DNA from: an uncultured delta proteobacterium
GTDB taxonomy: Bacteria; Myxococcota_A; Polyangia; Polyangiales; JAFGIB01
NCBI GenBank assembly: GCA_963778655.1
Contig: CAVZVA010000003.1
Span: 608,001 to 672,000, forward strand
Direction of reading: 5' to 3'
Length of the DNA stretch: 64,000 bases
Shown here: piece after piece, positions 1-9,269 of the stretch
How positions within the stretch are numbered: position 1 is the first letter of the stretch
Layout: each line of letters starts with the position of its first letter
Position numbers and translations under genes: made by a program
Notes under the pieces: generated by a model
Database searches by the model: none
Seen by the model: the letters and a program-made list of their open reading frames with translations, nothing else
What the model was told of the DNA's origin: nothing

Positions 1-4
1 CGCC

Positions 5-1825
5 ATGCCCGCGACCAGCGCGCTGCGCAACGTCGCCATTATCGCTCACGTGGACCACGGCAAGACGACGCTGGTCGACGCGATGCTGCGCCAGACGGGC
101 GCCTTCAAGGCCCACGAAGCCGTGGTCGAGCGGGTCATGGACAGCAACGACCTCGAGCGCGAGCGCGGCATCACGATCCTGGCGAAGAACACCTCGGTGC
201 TCTACCAGGGCACGCGCATCAACATCATCGACACCCCGGGTCACGCGGACTTCGGCGGGGAGGTGGAACGCACGCTGCAGATGGCCGACGGAGCGCTGCT
301 GCTGGTGGACGCGGCCGAGGGCCCGCTGCCACAGACCCGCTTCGTGCTCAAGCACGCGCTCGAGCTCGGCCTGCGCGTGATCGTGGTGATCAACAAGATC
401 GACCGCAAGGACGCGCGGCCGAGCGAGGTGCTGGACCACACCTTCGACCTGTTCTGCGACCTCGGCGCGAGCGACCAGCAGGCGGACTTCCCGGTGCTCT
501 ACACCATCGCCACGCGCGGCATCGCGCAGCGTGGACCCAACGACGAGAGCGCGGACCTCACGCCGCTGTTCGAGACCATTCTCGAGTCGGTCCCGGCGCC
601 CGCGGGAGATCCGGACAAGCCGCTGCAGATGCTGGTCACCAACATCGACTGGGACGACTACGTCGGCCGCCTGGCGGTCGGGCGCATCCTGCACGGACGC
701 ATCGCCGCGGGCCAGGCGATCACACGCATCCACGCCAGCGGACAGACGGCGGCCAAGGTGGTGCAGCTCTACGGCTTCGCCGGGCTCGGTCGCCAGCGCA
801 CCGAGGCCGCAGCCGCCGGCGACGTGGTCGCTCTGGCCGGCATGGACGAGGTGGCGATCGGCGACACTATCGCCGACCCCGAGCATCCGGTGGCGCTGCC
901 GCGCATCGAGGTCGAGCCGCCCACGATCCAGGTGCGCTTCCAGGTCAACTCCTCGCCGCTGGCGGGCAGGAGCGGCAAGTTCGTCACCTCGCGCCATCTG
1001 CGCGACCGCCTGCTGCGCGAGACCAAGAAGAACCTCGCGCTACGCGTCGAGGAGACCGACGAGCCCGACGTGTTCGTGGTCTACGGGCGCGGCGAGCTGA
1101 TGATCGGCGTGCTGGTCGAGACGATGCGGCGTGAGGGCTACGAGCTGGCGCTCGGCAACCCCGAGGTGGTGGTGCGCGAGGAAGGCGGCCAGAAGCTCGA
1201 GCCGACCGAACGCATCGTGGTCGACGTGCCCGACGAGCATGTCGGCGTGGTGACCGCCGCGCTCGGCGAGCGCCGTGCACGCATGGACAAGCTGTACGCC
1301 TCGAGCGCCGGCCGCACGCGGCTCGAGTTCGTCGGCCCGGCGCGCGCGCTGCTCGGCTACCGCTCGCAGTTTCTGACCGACACCCGCGGCGCCGGGCTGC
1401 TCAACACCCTGTTCGAGGGCTGGCAGCCGTACTCGGGGCCGATGCTGCGGCGCAAGAACGGCGCCATGGTTTCGGACCGCGGCGGCGCCGTCACGCCGTA
1501 CGCGCTGTTTCACCTCGAGCCGCGCGGGCGCCTGTTCGTCGGTCCGCAAGCGGTGGTGTACGAGGGCATGGTGGTCGGCGAGCACAACCGCGAGAGCGAT
1601 CTCGACGTCAACGTGTGCCGCGAGAAGAAGCTCACGAACGTGCGCTCGAAGAACCGCGACGACAACGTGCTGCTGACGCCACCGCGCGTGCACACCATCG
1701 AGTCGGCGCTCGAGTTCATCGACCGCGACGAGCTGGTCGAGATCACGCCCGACGCGATTCGCATCCGCAAGAAGGTGCTGGCCTGCAACCTGCGCCCCAA
1801 ACGCAGCGATGAGCGCGCCGGCTGA
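5..1825 (+). CDS. typA: Translational GTPase TypA/BipA
   Basis: [53 protein letters not shown] and C-terminal KKLTNVR...[13 protein letters not shown] motifs. Confidence 0.97.
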   Translation: MPATSALRNVAIIAHVDHGKTTLVDAMLRQTGAFKAHEAVVERVMDSNDLERERGITILAKNTSVLYQGTRINIIDTPGHADFGGEVERTLQMADGALLLVDAAEGPLPQTRFVLKHALELGLRVIVVINKIDRKDARPSEVLDHTFDLFCDLGASDQQADFPVLYTIATRGIAQRGPNDESADLTPLFETILESVPAPAGDPDKPLQMLVTNIDWDDYVGRLAVGRILHGRIAAGQAITRIHASGQTAAKVVQLYGFAGLGRQRTEAAAAGDVVALAGMDEVAIGDTIADPEHPVALPRIEVEPPTIQVRFQVNSSPLAGRSGKFVTSRHLRDRLLRETKKNLALRVEETDEPDVFVVYGRGELMIGVLVETMRREGYELALGNPEVVVREEGGQKLEPTERIVVDVPDEHVGVVTAALGERRARMDKLYASSAGRTRLEFVGPARALLGYRSQFLTDTRGAGLLNTLFEGWQPYSGPMLRRKNGAMVSDRGGAVTPYALFHLEPRGRLFVGPQAVVYEGMVVGEHNRESDLDVNVCREKKLTNVRSKNRDDNVLLTPPRVHTIESALEFIDRDELVEITPDAIRIRKKVLACNLRPKRSDERAG

Positions 1826-1831
1826 GCGAGC

Positions 1832-2476
1832 TCATTGACGGACCTGCTCTAGCGTCGCAATTTCGCGCTTGAGCTGCTCGACCAGCTGCGATTGCTTGAG
1901 CACCGCGTCCTTCTCCTCGCTCAGCTTGGCGAAGGTCTCGCGCATGCAAGGCTTGGCCTGGTGCTTGATCTTGACGATCATCTTGTTGGTGTAGCTCATC
2001 GAAAACATCACCAGCCCGGAAAGCGCGAGCCCTGGAATCGCCATGCCGAGCACGCGCGCCCAAGTCGGCGCGCCGAAGCGCCGCATCGCTGCCGGCGAGA
2101 ACAGCAGCAGCATCAGCAGGCCGCCGCCGCACAGCACCAGCGGCGCGAAGTCGTCCCATAGCCTGCGCAGAAACTCCTCGTCGGCCGCGGCGCGCAGCTT
2201 CTTGCAGTAGGGCGAGCCGTGCAGCGCGGCGTACTGCTCGGCGATGCGCCGGTGCAGCTCGTTGCCAGTCTCGGTGTTGAGCTCGACGTGACGCAGGTCA
2301 ACCGGCGCCGTCGCGCGCTGGTCGAGCGGCACCTGCTCGGCGATATTGGTGTAGACCACCCGCCCCTGGGCGTTCTTGTAGCGGTAGATGCCCTGGCCGA
2401 CGCCGGCTCCCTGCGCATGCGCAAGGCCGCAGCCGAACGCGAGTCCGAACAGGATCGGAACGAGCCTTCTCTGCAT
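1832..2476 (-). CDS. Membrane protein with N-terminal DUF4124-like segment
   Basis: Signal peptide, IYRYKNAQGRVVYTN motif, two hydrophobic helices, C-terminal coiled coil; start chosen at MQRRLVP. Confidence 0.65.
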   Translation of the reverse strand: MQRRLVPILFGLAFGCGLAHAQGAGVGQGIYRYKNAQGRVVYTNIAEQVPLDQRATAPVDLRHVELNTETGNELHRRIAEQYAALHGSPYCKKLRAAADEEFLRRLWDDFAPLVLCGGGLLMLLLFSPAAMRRFGAPTWARVLGMAIPGLALSGLVMFSMSYTNKMIVKIKHQAKPCMRETFAKLSEEKDAVLKQSQLVEQLKREIATLEQVRQ

Positions 2477-2580
2477 GCCCCCGGCCGAGCATAGCATTGG
2501 AGCGCGCTCTTCGGGACGGGCTTGCGCGACCAGGAGCGCCGCGCCAGCTTGTCAGCGGCCGGGCGGGAGGAGCCCCAGTG

Positions 2581-3282
2581 ATGAGCGACCACGAGGCGTT
2601 GCGCGCAGAGGCGCTGCGCATCCACGACCGCTACGTGCGCGAGGTGGTCGAGGCCTTCGGTTTCTGCCCGTGGGCCGCGCCGGCCCGCGCGCGGGGCCGA
2701 GTGCAGAGCCGCGTGCTGTTCGGCGAGCTGCCCGAGCTCGAGCCCACGCTGCAGGCGATCGAAGGGCTCGAGTGTGATGAAAGCGCCGACATCGGCCTAC
2801 TCATCTATCCCGAAGCACGCCTCGACCGCGTCGCGTTTCAGCATTTCGCAGCTGGCGTGCGCGCGCGCCTGGGGTCGCCGGCGCGCGCGCGTTCGAGCGC
2901 GTTCGCGGTCGCCGACTTTCACCCGGATGCGGCCGCCGACACCAGCTCGCCGGCCCGGCTCGTGCCTTTCATCCGGCGCAGCCCCGACCCGAGCTTGCAG
3001 CTCGTACGGCACGCCGCGCTCGAGGCCGTGCGGCACGGCGAGGCGCAGGGCACGCGCTTTCTCGATGCGGAGGAGCTCGCAGGGATCCCGCTTGGGTCGC
3101 TCGAACAGGCGGCTGTCCCGCTGCACGAGCGAGTCGCGCGCGCCAATGTCTCAACGGTGTTGCAGCTCGGCGTCGAGCAGGTGGCGGCCGTGATCGACGC
3201 GATCGCGCGTGACCGCGACCTCAGTTACGCCCGACTGGGCCTGGCGCCGCGGCAGCGGCCGGGCGGCGCGGTCCGTGGCTGA
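2581..3282 (+). CDS. DUF1415-like hypothetical protein
   Basis: FCPWA, ADFHPD and RRSPDPSLQLVR resemble DUF1415 motifs; GGGAGGAG upstream. Confidence 0.6.
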   Translation: MSDHEALRAEALRIHDRYVREVVEAFGFCPWAAPARARGRVQSRVLFGELPELEPTLQAIEGLECDESADIGLLIYPEARLDRVAFQHFAAGVRARLGSPARARSSAFAVADFHPDAAADTSSPARLVPFIRRSPDPSLQLVRHAALEAVRHGEAQGTRFLDAEELAGIPLGSLEQAAVPLHERVARANVSTVLQLGVEQVAAVIDAIARDRDLSYARLGLAPRQRPGGAVRG

Positions 3283-3458
3283 AAATCTTGAGCGCCCGTC
3301 ACTTGGCCAACGCCTTCTTGCACTTGACGGCAACAGGAGTAAGGAGGGCGGCGCGGGTGCGGCCCGGCCGGCCCGCGGGGGAGCCCGTCGTCCTGCGGTT
3401 GACCTAACCGTCGAACGCCGGTCCACGCTACAATCGGAAGCGAGTACAATCCGTCCGT

Positions 3459-5408
3459 ATGGCCGAAAATCGACATAGCGAGGGCGAGGGCGATCCGGTC
3501 ACGCTCGTGCACATGCCCCGGGCCGAGGGGGCGTCGGGCAGCCGAGCGTTGTACGGCGAGGCAGGGACCGCGGCGGCGGCGCGCAATCCGCCGGTGCAAC
3601 CCGAGGCCGACCTGCTCACCAAGAATGGGCTGCCACCCGAGGCCGTACACGAGCGCGACCGTTATCTCGAGCGCTCAGTCTTGGGCGAAGGCGGCATGGG
3701 GCGCATTCACCTGTGCCACGACACGCGCGTCGGCCGCGACGTCGCGATGAAGGTGTTGCGCCAGCGCTACGCCAAGCACCCGGACACGGTGGCGCGCTTC
3801 GTGCGCGAGGCGCGCATCCAGGGCCAGCTCGAGCACCCCTCGATCGTGCCGGTCTACGATCTGTCGCGCACGCTCGATGGACGCATCAGCTTCACGATGA
3901 AGCGCGTCCACGGCAAGACGATCGAGCAGATCATCGACGGCCTGAATGCCAAGGACAAGTACTTCATCGAGAACTACCCGCGCCGCAAGCTGCTGCGCGC
4001 GTTCTCCGCGGCCTGCCTAGCGGTGGACTTCGCGCACTCGCGCAGCGTGCTGCACCGCGACCTGAAGCCGAGCAACATCATGCTCGGCGACTTCGGCGAG
4101 GTCTACGTGCTGGACTGGGGTCTATCCAAGGTAGCGGGCCTGCCCGATCTGCTGGGCGAGCGGCCGGTCGCGCTGCCGCGCGACGGCAGCACCGACACCC
4201 TCGACGGCGCGGTGCTGGGGACCCCGGGCTACATGTCACCGGAGCAAGCGCGCGGCGAGACCGCGGGCATGGACGCGCGCGCCGACGTGTACTCGCTCGG
4301 CGCGATTCTCTACGAGACGCTGGCGCTGCAACCGCTGCACGCGCGGGGCAGCGTTTCGGGCATGATGACCTCGACGGTGGCGGGCGCCGACGGCCGGCCC
4401 TCGTTCCGCGCACCCCAGCGCAGCATCCCCTCGGAGCTCGACGCGATCTGCGTCAAGGCCACGCAGCTCAACAGGGAGCACCGCTTCGCCTCGGTGCGCG
4501 AGCTGCACGACGCGATCGAGCGCTATCTCGACGGCGAGCAGGATCTCAAGCTGATGCGCGAGATGGCGCAGGCCCACGCGCGCGCCGCCGAGGTGGCGGC
4601 CGAGTACGCGCTGGCGGGCGGCCCCAACGCCAAGGAAGAGCGGGTGCGCGCGCTGCGCGAGGTGGGGCGAGCCCTGGCGCTCGACCCCTCGCACACCGAG
4701 GCGCAGCGCGTGCTGCTGCGGTTGCTGGCCACGCCGCCGGGCGAGCTGCCCGAGGAAGAGCGGGTCGAGGTGGCACACGAGGAAGAGGACTCGGGCCGCT
4801 ACACCGCGAACATGAGCGGCTGGTACCACCTCTCGTTCGTGATCACGACCGGGCTGGTGCTGGCGATGGGGGTCAAGAGCTGGATCGCGCTGGGGCTGTA
4901 CGCGGCCGTCAGCGCAGTGACTAGCGCCACGGCCTTCATCAGCGCGCGCGGCCTGGTCTCGCCCAGCTACCGGCTGTTCGCGAACGTGATCAGCGGCACG
5001 CTGGCGATCGGCTTCATGAGCACGATGTTCGGGCCGCTGTTCTTGATCCCGGGGCTGGCGGCGATGAGCACGATGGCGGCGAGCTTCAACACACCAACGC
5101 GCGGGGCGCGCGCGCTGGTGATCAGCATCGGGGTGCTGGCGGTGGTGGTGCCGCTGGCGCTGGAAGCGGTGGGGCTGCTTCCGCCGTCGTACGAGTTCCG
5201 CGACGGCTACATGCTGGTGCTGCCGCGGATGCACTACTTCTCGCCCGGGGCGACGATGCTGTTCCTGTGCTACGTGGGGCTGGGGCACATCGTGAGCATC
5301 TCGGTGTTGATGGGACGACTGAACGAGGCGCGCCTGGCCGCGATCGAAAAGGCGCACAAGCAGACCTGGCAGCTCAAGCAGCTCGTGAGCGACGACGCGC
5401 AGCGGTAG
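3459..5408 (+). CDS. Ser/Thr protein kinase with C-terminal multi-pass membrane domain
   Basis: LGEGGMG, VAMK, HRDLKPSN, DWG, GTPGYMSPEQ, DVYSLG; about 6 hydrophobic segments at the C-terminus. Confidence 0.93.
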   Translation: MAENRHSEGEGDPVTLVHMPRAEGASGSRALYGEAGTAAAARNPPVQPEADLLTKNGLPPEAVHERDRYLERSVLGEGGMGRIHLCHDTRVGRDVAMKVLRQRYAKHPDTVARFVREARIQGQLEHPSIVPVYDLSRTLDGRISFTMKRVHGKTIEQIIDGLNAKDKYFIENYPRRKLLRAFSAACLAVDFAHSRSVLHRDLKPSNIMLGDFGEVYVLDWGLSKVAGLPDLLGERPVALPRDGSTDTLDGAVLGTPGYMSPEQARGETAGMDARADVYSLGAILYETLALQPLHARGSVSGMMTSTVAGADGRPSFRAPQRSIPSELDAICVKATQLNREHRFASVRELHDAIERYLDGEQDLKLMREMAQAHARAAEVAAEYALAGGPNAKEERVRALREVGRALALDPSHTEAQRVLLRLLATPPGELPEEERVEVAHEEEDSGRYTANMSGWYHLSFVITTGLVLAMGVKSWIALGLYAAVSAVTSATAFISARGLVSPSYRLFANVISGTLAIGFMSTMFGPLFLIPGLAAMSTMAASFNTPTRGARALVISIGVLAVVVPLALEAVGLLPPSYEFRDGYMLVLPRMHYFSPGATMLFLCYVGLGHIVSISVLMGRLNEARLAAIEKAHKQTWQLKQLVSDDAQR

Positions 5409-5413
5409 TTGCA

Positions 5414-5494
5414 ACCGGGAGGGGCACGCGCCCCTCCCGCCCCACCGGCAAAGCCGTTGGGGCCCCACCCTCGCGCGAGGTTCGCTGCGCTCAC
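5414..5494. repeat. Repeat family B, dispersed copy
   Basis: ACCGGGAGGGGCACGCGCCCCTCCCGCCCCACCGGCAAAGCCGTTGGGGCCCCACCCTC is identical to the start of the array at 55385. Confidence 0.92.
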
Positions 5495-5661
5495 ACATAC
5501 TCGCGAGCACGGTCTCGTGCGCGGCCCGAGGTTGTGCCAGTCGCTGCGCGCGCAGACTGCGGCCGTTGCGCTGGCGGACACGCCATCGACCAGACGGCGG
5601 CCAAGGGCGCGGCGGAGGGCGGAGCGGGCGGACGAGGTTTGGCTCTCGGGCCGGGTTCTGC

Positions 5662-5701
5662 TAGACCGGGTCCGCGGGGTCGGGTAAACACCTCTGTATA
5701 C
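5662..5701 (+). promoter_or_regulatory. Putative sigma70 promoter with overlapping 7-4-7 operator upstream of the thiolase
   Basis: TAGACC-N17-TAAACA; GTAAACA-cctc-TGTATAC at 5684-5701 mirrors the site at 35299-35316. Confidence 0.6.
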
Positions 5702-5712
5702 CCTGCCTCGTG

Positions 5713-5795
5713 ACCGAGAGGGTCACGCGACCCTCCCGCCCCGCCAGCCAAGCTGTCGGGGGCCCACCCTTCCACGGGGTCGCTTCGCTCCACTT
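5713..5795. repeat. Repeat family B, diverged copy
   Basis: GAGGGTCACGCGACCCTC CCG CCCCGCCAGCCAAGCTGTCGGGG: same hairpins with compensatory changes. Confidence 0.8.
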
Positions 5796-5859
5796 TCGCA
5801 ACTTGTCGCATTCGTACTGGTCAGCCGGCCTACCGGCCTTCTACTAACGGAGATCATTC

Positions 5860-7086
5860 ATGGCAGACGCAGTCATCGTTTCCACGGCGCGCACGGGCAT
5901 CGGCAAGGCCTTTCGCGGATCGCTCAACCTGAGCCACGGCACGGCGCTGGCCGGCCACGCGATCAAGCATGCGGTCGAGCGCGCGAAGATCGACCCCAAG
6001 GAGGTCGAAGATTGCATCCTCGGCTGCGGTCTGCCCGAAGGCGCGACCGGCCACAACGTGGCGCGCAACGCGGCGGTGCGCGGCGGCCTGCCGGTGACGA
6101 CCGCAGGCACCACCGTGAATCGCTTCTGCTCTTCGGGGCTGCAGGCGATCAGCATGGCGGCGCAGCGCGTGATCGTGGACAAGGTGCCGTTCATGGTGGC
6201 CGGCGGGGTGGAGTCGATCAGCCTGGTGCAGGGCAACCTGAACCTGCACCACTTCGCGGGCACCAGCGTCCCCGACCCCAACAACCCGATGACGCCGGAG
6301 TACCAGGACGACTGGCTGATGAAGAACAAGCCCGAGCTGTTCATGCCGATGATCGCGACCGCGGACGTGGTGGCGAAGCGCTACAAAGTGAGCCGCGAGG
6401 CACAGGACGAGTACGCGCTGCAGAGCCAGCAGCGCACCGCCAAGGCGCAGGCCGAGGGCAAGCTGAACGACGAGATCGTGCCGTTCAAGACCACGATGCA
6501 GCTGGTGGACAAGGCGACGGGCGCGCGCAGCTACAAAGAGATCACGCTGCAGAAGGACGAGGGCAACCGGCCCGAGACGAATCTGCAGGGGCTTTCGGGG
6601 CTGAAGCCGGTCAACAACACCGAGACGATCACGGCGGGCAACGCGAGCCAGCTCTCCGACGGCGCCTCGGCCTGCGTGGTGGCGGACAGCAAGCTGGCAG
6701 AGAAGCGCAACCTGCCGGTGCTGGGCATCTACCGCGGGCTGGCGATCTCGGGGCTCGAGCCGGACGAGATGGGCATCGGGCCGCTGTACGCAATCCCGCG
6801 CTTGCTGGAGCGTACCGGGCTGAAGGTCTCGGACATCGACCTGTGGGAGCTGAACGAGGCGTTCGCGGTGCAGGTGGTGTACTGCCGCGACAAGCTGGGC
6901 CTCCCCAACGACAAGCTGAACGTGAACGGCGGCGCGATCTCGATCGGCCACCCGTACGGGATGAGCGGCGCGCGCATGGTGGGCCACGCGCTGATCGAGG
7001 GCAAGCGCCGCAAGGCCAAGTACGTGGTGGTCACGATGTGCGTCGGCGGCGGCATGGGCGCCGCAGGCCTGTTCGAAGTGGCGTGA
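5860..7086 (+). CDS. Acetyl-CoA C-acyltransferase (thiolase)
   Basis: [50 protein letters not shown]. Confidence 0.96.
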   Translation: MADAVIVSTARTGIGKAFRGSLNLSHGTALAGHAIKHAVERAKIDPKEVEDCILGCGLPEGATGHNVARNAAVRGGLPVTTAGTTVNRFCSSGLQAISMAAQRVIVDKVPFMVAGGVESISLVQGNLNLHHFAGTSVPDPNNPMTPEYQDDWLMKNKPELFMPMIATADVVAKRYKVSREAQDEYALQSQQRTAKAQAEGKLNDEIVPFKTTMQLVDKATGARSYKEITLQKDEGNRPETNLQGLSGLKPVNNTETITAGNASQLSDGASACVVADSKLAEKRNLPVLGIYRGLAISGLEPDEMGIGPLYAIPRLLERTGLKVSDIDLWELNEAFAVQVVYCRDKLGLPNDKLNVNGGAISIGHPYGMSGARMVGHALIEGKRRKAKYVVVTMCVGGGMGAAGLFEVA

Positions 7087-7165
7087 GACGAGAGCCGTGA
7101 GTGAGAGGCCGCGCGTGGCCAAGCCACGTCGCGGCCTCTTCGGGTTGTGTGCATCGCTCGCCGAC

Positions 7166-7381
7166 GATCGTGCTAGGCGGCCGGGAGGGGCCGGGGAGCC
7201 GGGGTTCGGGACGGGCGGCTTGCACTTGCGTCGGTTGCGGTGAAACGGGTGAGCCTTTCCCGCGACGCGCAAGCCGCCCTCGGACGCGCGTGCCAGGCGG
7301 AGCCTTGCCTGCATGCGCCTGTCACGCGCGTACGCCCTCACCCCGACTCCCCGGCCCCTCCCGGCCTTGCGTCGTGCCGAG
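7166..7381 (-). repeat. Repeat family A copy 1 (inverted, diverged); structured MITE/REP-like element
   Basis: Reverse complement of 8578-8795; core 7179-7366 bounded by 27-bp inverted repeats with one mismatch. Confidence 0.9.
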
Positions 7382-7430
7382 GCTGCGTCCCCTACGCCCT
7401 CGGCAGGTGGTGCGTCTGGGTGCCCGGATG

Positions 7431-8291
7431 CTATGCGCGGCGCGCCCTACCGGTACCATCGGGTGGTTGCGGGCGATGCAGAAGGCCGTAGGAAGTGTCC
7501 ACGAGCTCCTGAGCGTCCGAGACATGTTCCGGTGGACATTCGCGAAGCACCTGCAACGCGAATGCCTTTGCTTCGTCGAGACGCTGATGGTCCACGAGAA
7601 AGGACCAGTATGTGTATCTCTTGACGAAGTAGTCGGGGGAATTCGCCGCTGTCGCCCGACTGGCGTTCAGCAGCTCGCGCCCAGCCAACTCGTCATCGCC
7701 GATCGCCTCGTAGAAGACACTCCGAAGGTAGTGCTGATGCGCAGGCTCATGGCCCCAGAAGAATGTCACATGGAACCGCAACGCGTCCACCAAGGTTCGA
7801 CGAAGGCCGACCCACTTCTGACCCTTCAGCGCCGGCAGCAGCTCGTCAGCAGCAGTCTCGAAGACAATGCTCCGGATGTCGTCGAAGAAGCTCACGTTAC
7901 CCGTAAGGTGAAACGTGGGCGCTCCCGACCTTGGGCCGGGCGCTACCGGCACTGGAAGAGTCAAGTAGACGATCGTCTTCCACGTGAGCTCAAGAAGGTC
8001 ACGATCACCAGCGTCGAGACGCGGTCGACTCCGTCGAGCTTCGGCCTCCCTGCGGACCTGCAGGTTGAGCTCTTCAAGACGCTCGCGGTACTCCTCGCGT
8101 AGATTCTCGGAGATCGGATATTCGGACGCTGTGCGGGGCTCCTCATCGTCAGCCGGAAGGACGAACCGCAGCCCAATCACCTGCTCCACCAAGGCAAGCG
8201 CCCTACGCAGAGTCCCGATGGATCGGTCGTCTCGCAGGAGGCGCCGGTATTCCGCGATCTGGCCCGGGGTGCTGGCGATCTTGACGTCCAT
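7431..8291 (-). CDS. Hypothetical protein (286 aa), helical/TPR-like C-terminal half
   Basis: Protein-like composition, visibly lower GC than flanks, starts 5 bp after the upstream ORF stop; no family recognised. Confidence 0.75.
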   Translation of the reverse strand: MDVKIASTPGQIAEYRRLLRDDRSIGTLRRALALVEQVIGLRFVLPADDEEPRTASEYPISENLREEYRERLEELNLQVRREAEARRSRPRLDAGDRDLLELTWKTIVYLTLPVPVAPGPRSGAPTFHLTGNVSFFDDIRSIVFETAADELLPALKGQKWVGLRRTLVDALRFHVTFFWGHEPAHQHYLRSVFYEAIGDDELAGRELLNASRATAANSPDYFVKRYTYWSFLVDHQRLDEAKAFALQVLRECPPEHVSDAQELVDTSYGLLHRPQPPDGTGRARRA

Positions 8292-8296
8292 CGTCG

Positions 8297-8509
8297 CTAG
8301 CCCTGGTGACTCCTCTTGGATTTCTTGCGTGCCAACTCGTTGAGTCTACGCAAAATCTGTCGCCGTTCCCGCGCTTTTCCAGGCTTGCCCAGCATTTCTC
8401 GCGCCAAACGCAATAGCCGGCGGATTTCTGCGGCTTTTACCTCCGGCGGAAGGTCGTGGTCCGGGTCATCTCCACCAAGAGTCGAACCCATGCCGACAGC
8501 TTCTACCAT
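8297..8509 (-). CDS. Small basic helical hypothetical protein (about 70 aa)
   Basis: MVEAVGMGSTLGGDDPDHDLPPEVKAAEIRRLLRLAREMLGKPGKARERRQILRRLNELARKKSKRSHQG; tightly coupled to the next gene; alternative start at 8491. Confidence 0.55.
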   Translation of the reverse strand: MVEAVGMGSTLGGDDPDHDLPPEVKAAEIRRLLRLAREMLGKPGKARERRQILRRLNELARKKSKRSHQG

Positions 8510-8577
8510 GAAGGATCGAGTGATACGCCTTGCCGCCTGAGCAACCAGCTCCTTCGGGCTCGCCGACTCCGTCGATC

Positions 8578-8795
8578 TCGGCACACGCGCAAGGCCGGGA
8601 GGGGTCGGGGGGTGAGGGGGTGAGGGCGTACGCGCATGACAAGCGCCTGCGGGCAACGCCCGCTTGGCATGCGCGTCCGAGGGCGACTTGCGCGTCGTGG
8701 GAAAACCTCGCCGCCTCACCGCAACCGACGCAAGTGCAAGCCGCCCGTCCCGAACCCCCTCACCCCCCGACCCCTCCCGGCCGCCCAGCACGATC
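8578..8795 (+). repeat. Repeat family A copy 2
   Basis: Core 8593-8782 (190 bp) with perfect 29-bp terminal inverted repeats GGCCGGGAGGGGTCGGGGGGTGAGGGGGT / ACCCCCTCACCCCCCGACCCCTCCCGGCC. Confidence 0.95.
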
Positions 8796-8972
8796 TTCTG
8801 CCTCGTTTCCCAACGCGGCACCTCACCTCCCCTGCACGATCTTCCGCCTTCCGGCACGATCCAGCGTGATCTCAACCCGGCGGCCCCTTCTGCCGAGCAG
8901 GGCTTGCTGTCTAAACCGCCACGCTCGCGATGTCCGCGCCTGTTCGTTCGCCAACGCCCACGCGCCGCCAAG

Positions 8973-9190
8973 CTCGGCACCGCGCAAGGCCGGGAGGGGT
9001 CGGGGGGTGAGGGGGTGAGGGCGTACGCGCATGACAAGCGCCTGCGGGCAACACCCGCTTGGCATGCGCGTCCGAGGGCGGCTTGCGCGTCGCGGGAAAG
9101 CCTCGCCGCCTCACCGCAACCGACGCAAGTGCAAGCCGCCCGTCCCGAACCCCCTCACCCCCCGACCCCTCCCGGCCGCCCAGCACGATC
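8973..9190 (+). repeat. Repeat family A copy 3
   Basis: Core 8988-9177, nearly identical to copy 2 and 395 bp downstream of it. Confidence 0.95.
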
Positions 9191-9269
9191 CGTGCGCGGT
9201 GTTCGCGACGGCGACGACGAGCGCAACCTGCTCGGTCGCGGCCGGCGTTCGTTCACGCGTTGCGCGCCG

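Noticed and set aside
7166..9190. Integron attC sites
   Set aside because: No RYYYAAC/GTTRRRY boxes at the ends, one copy is inverted, and there is no integrase in the window.
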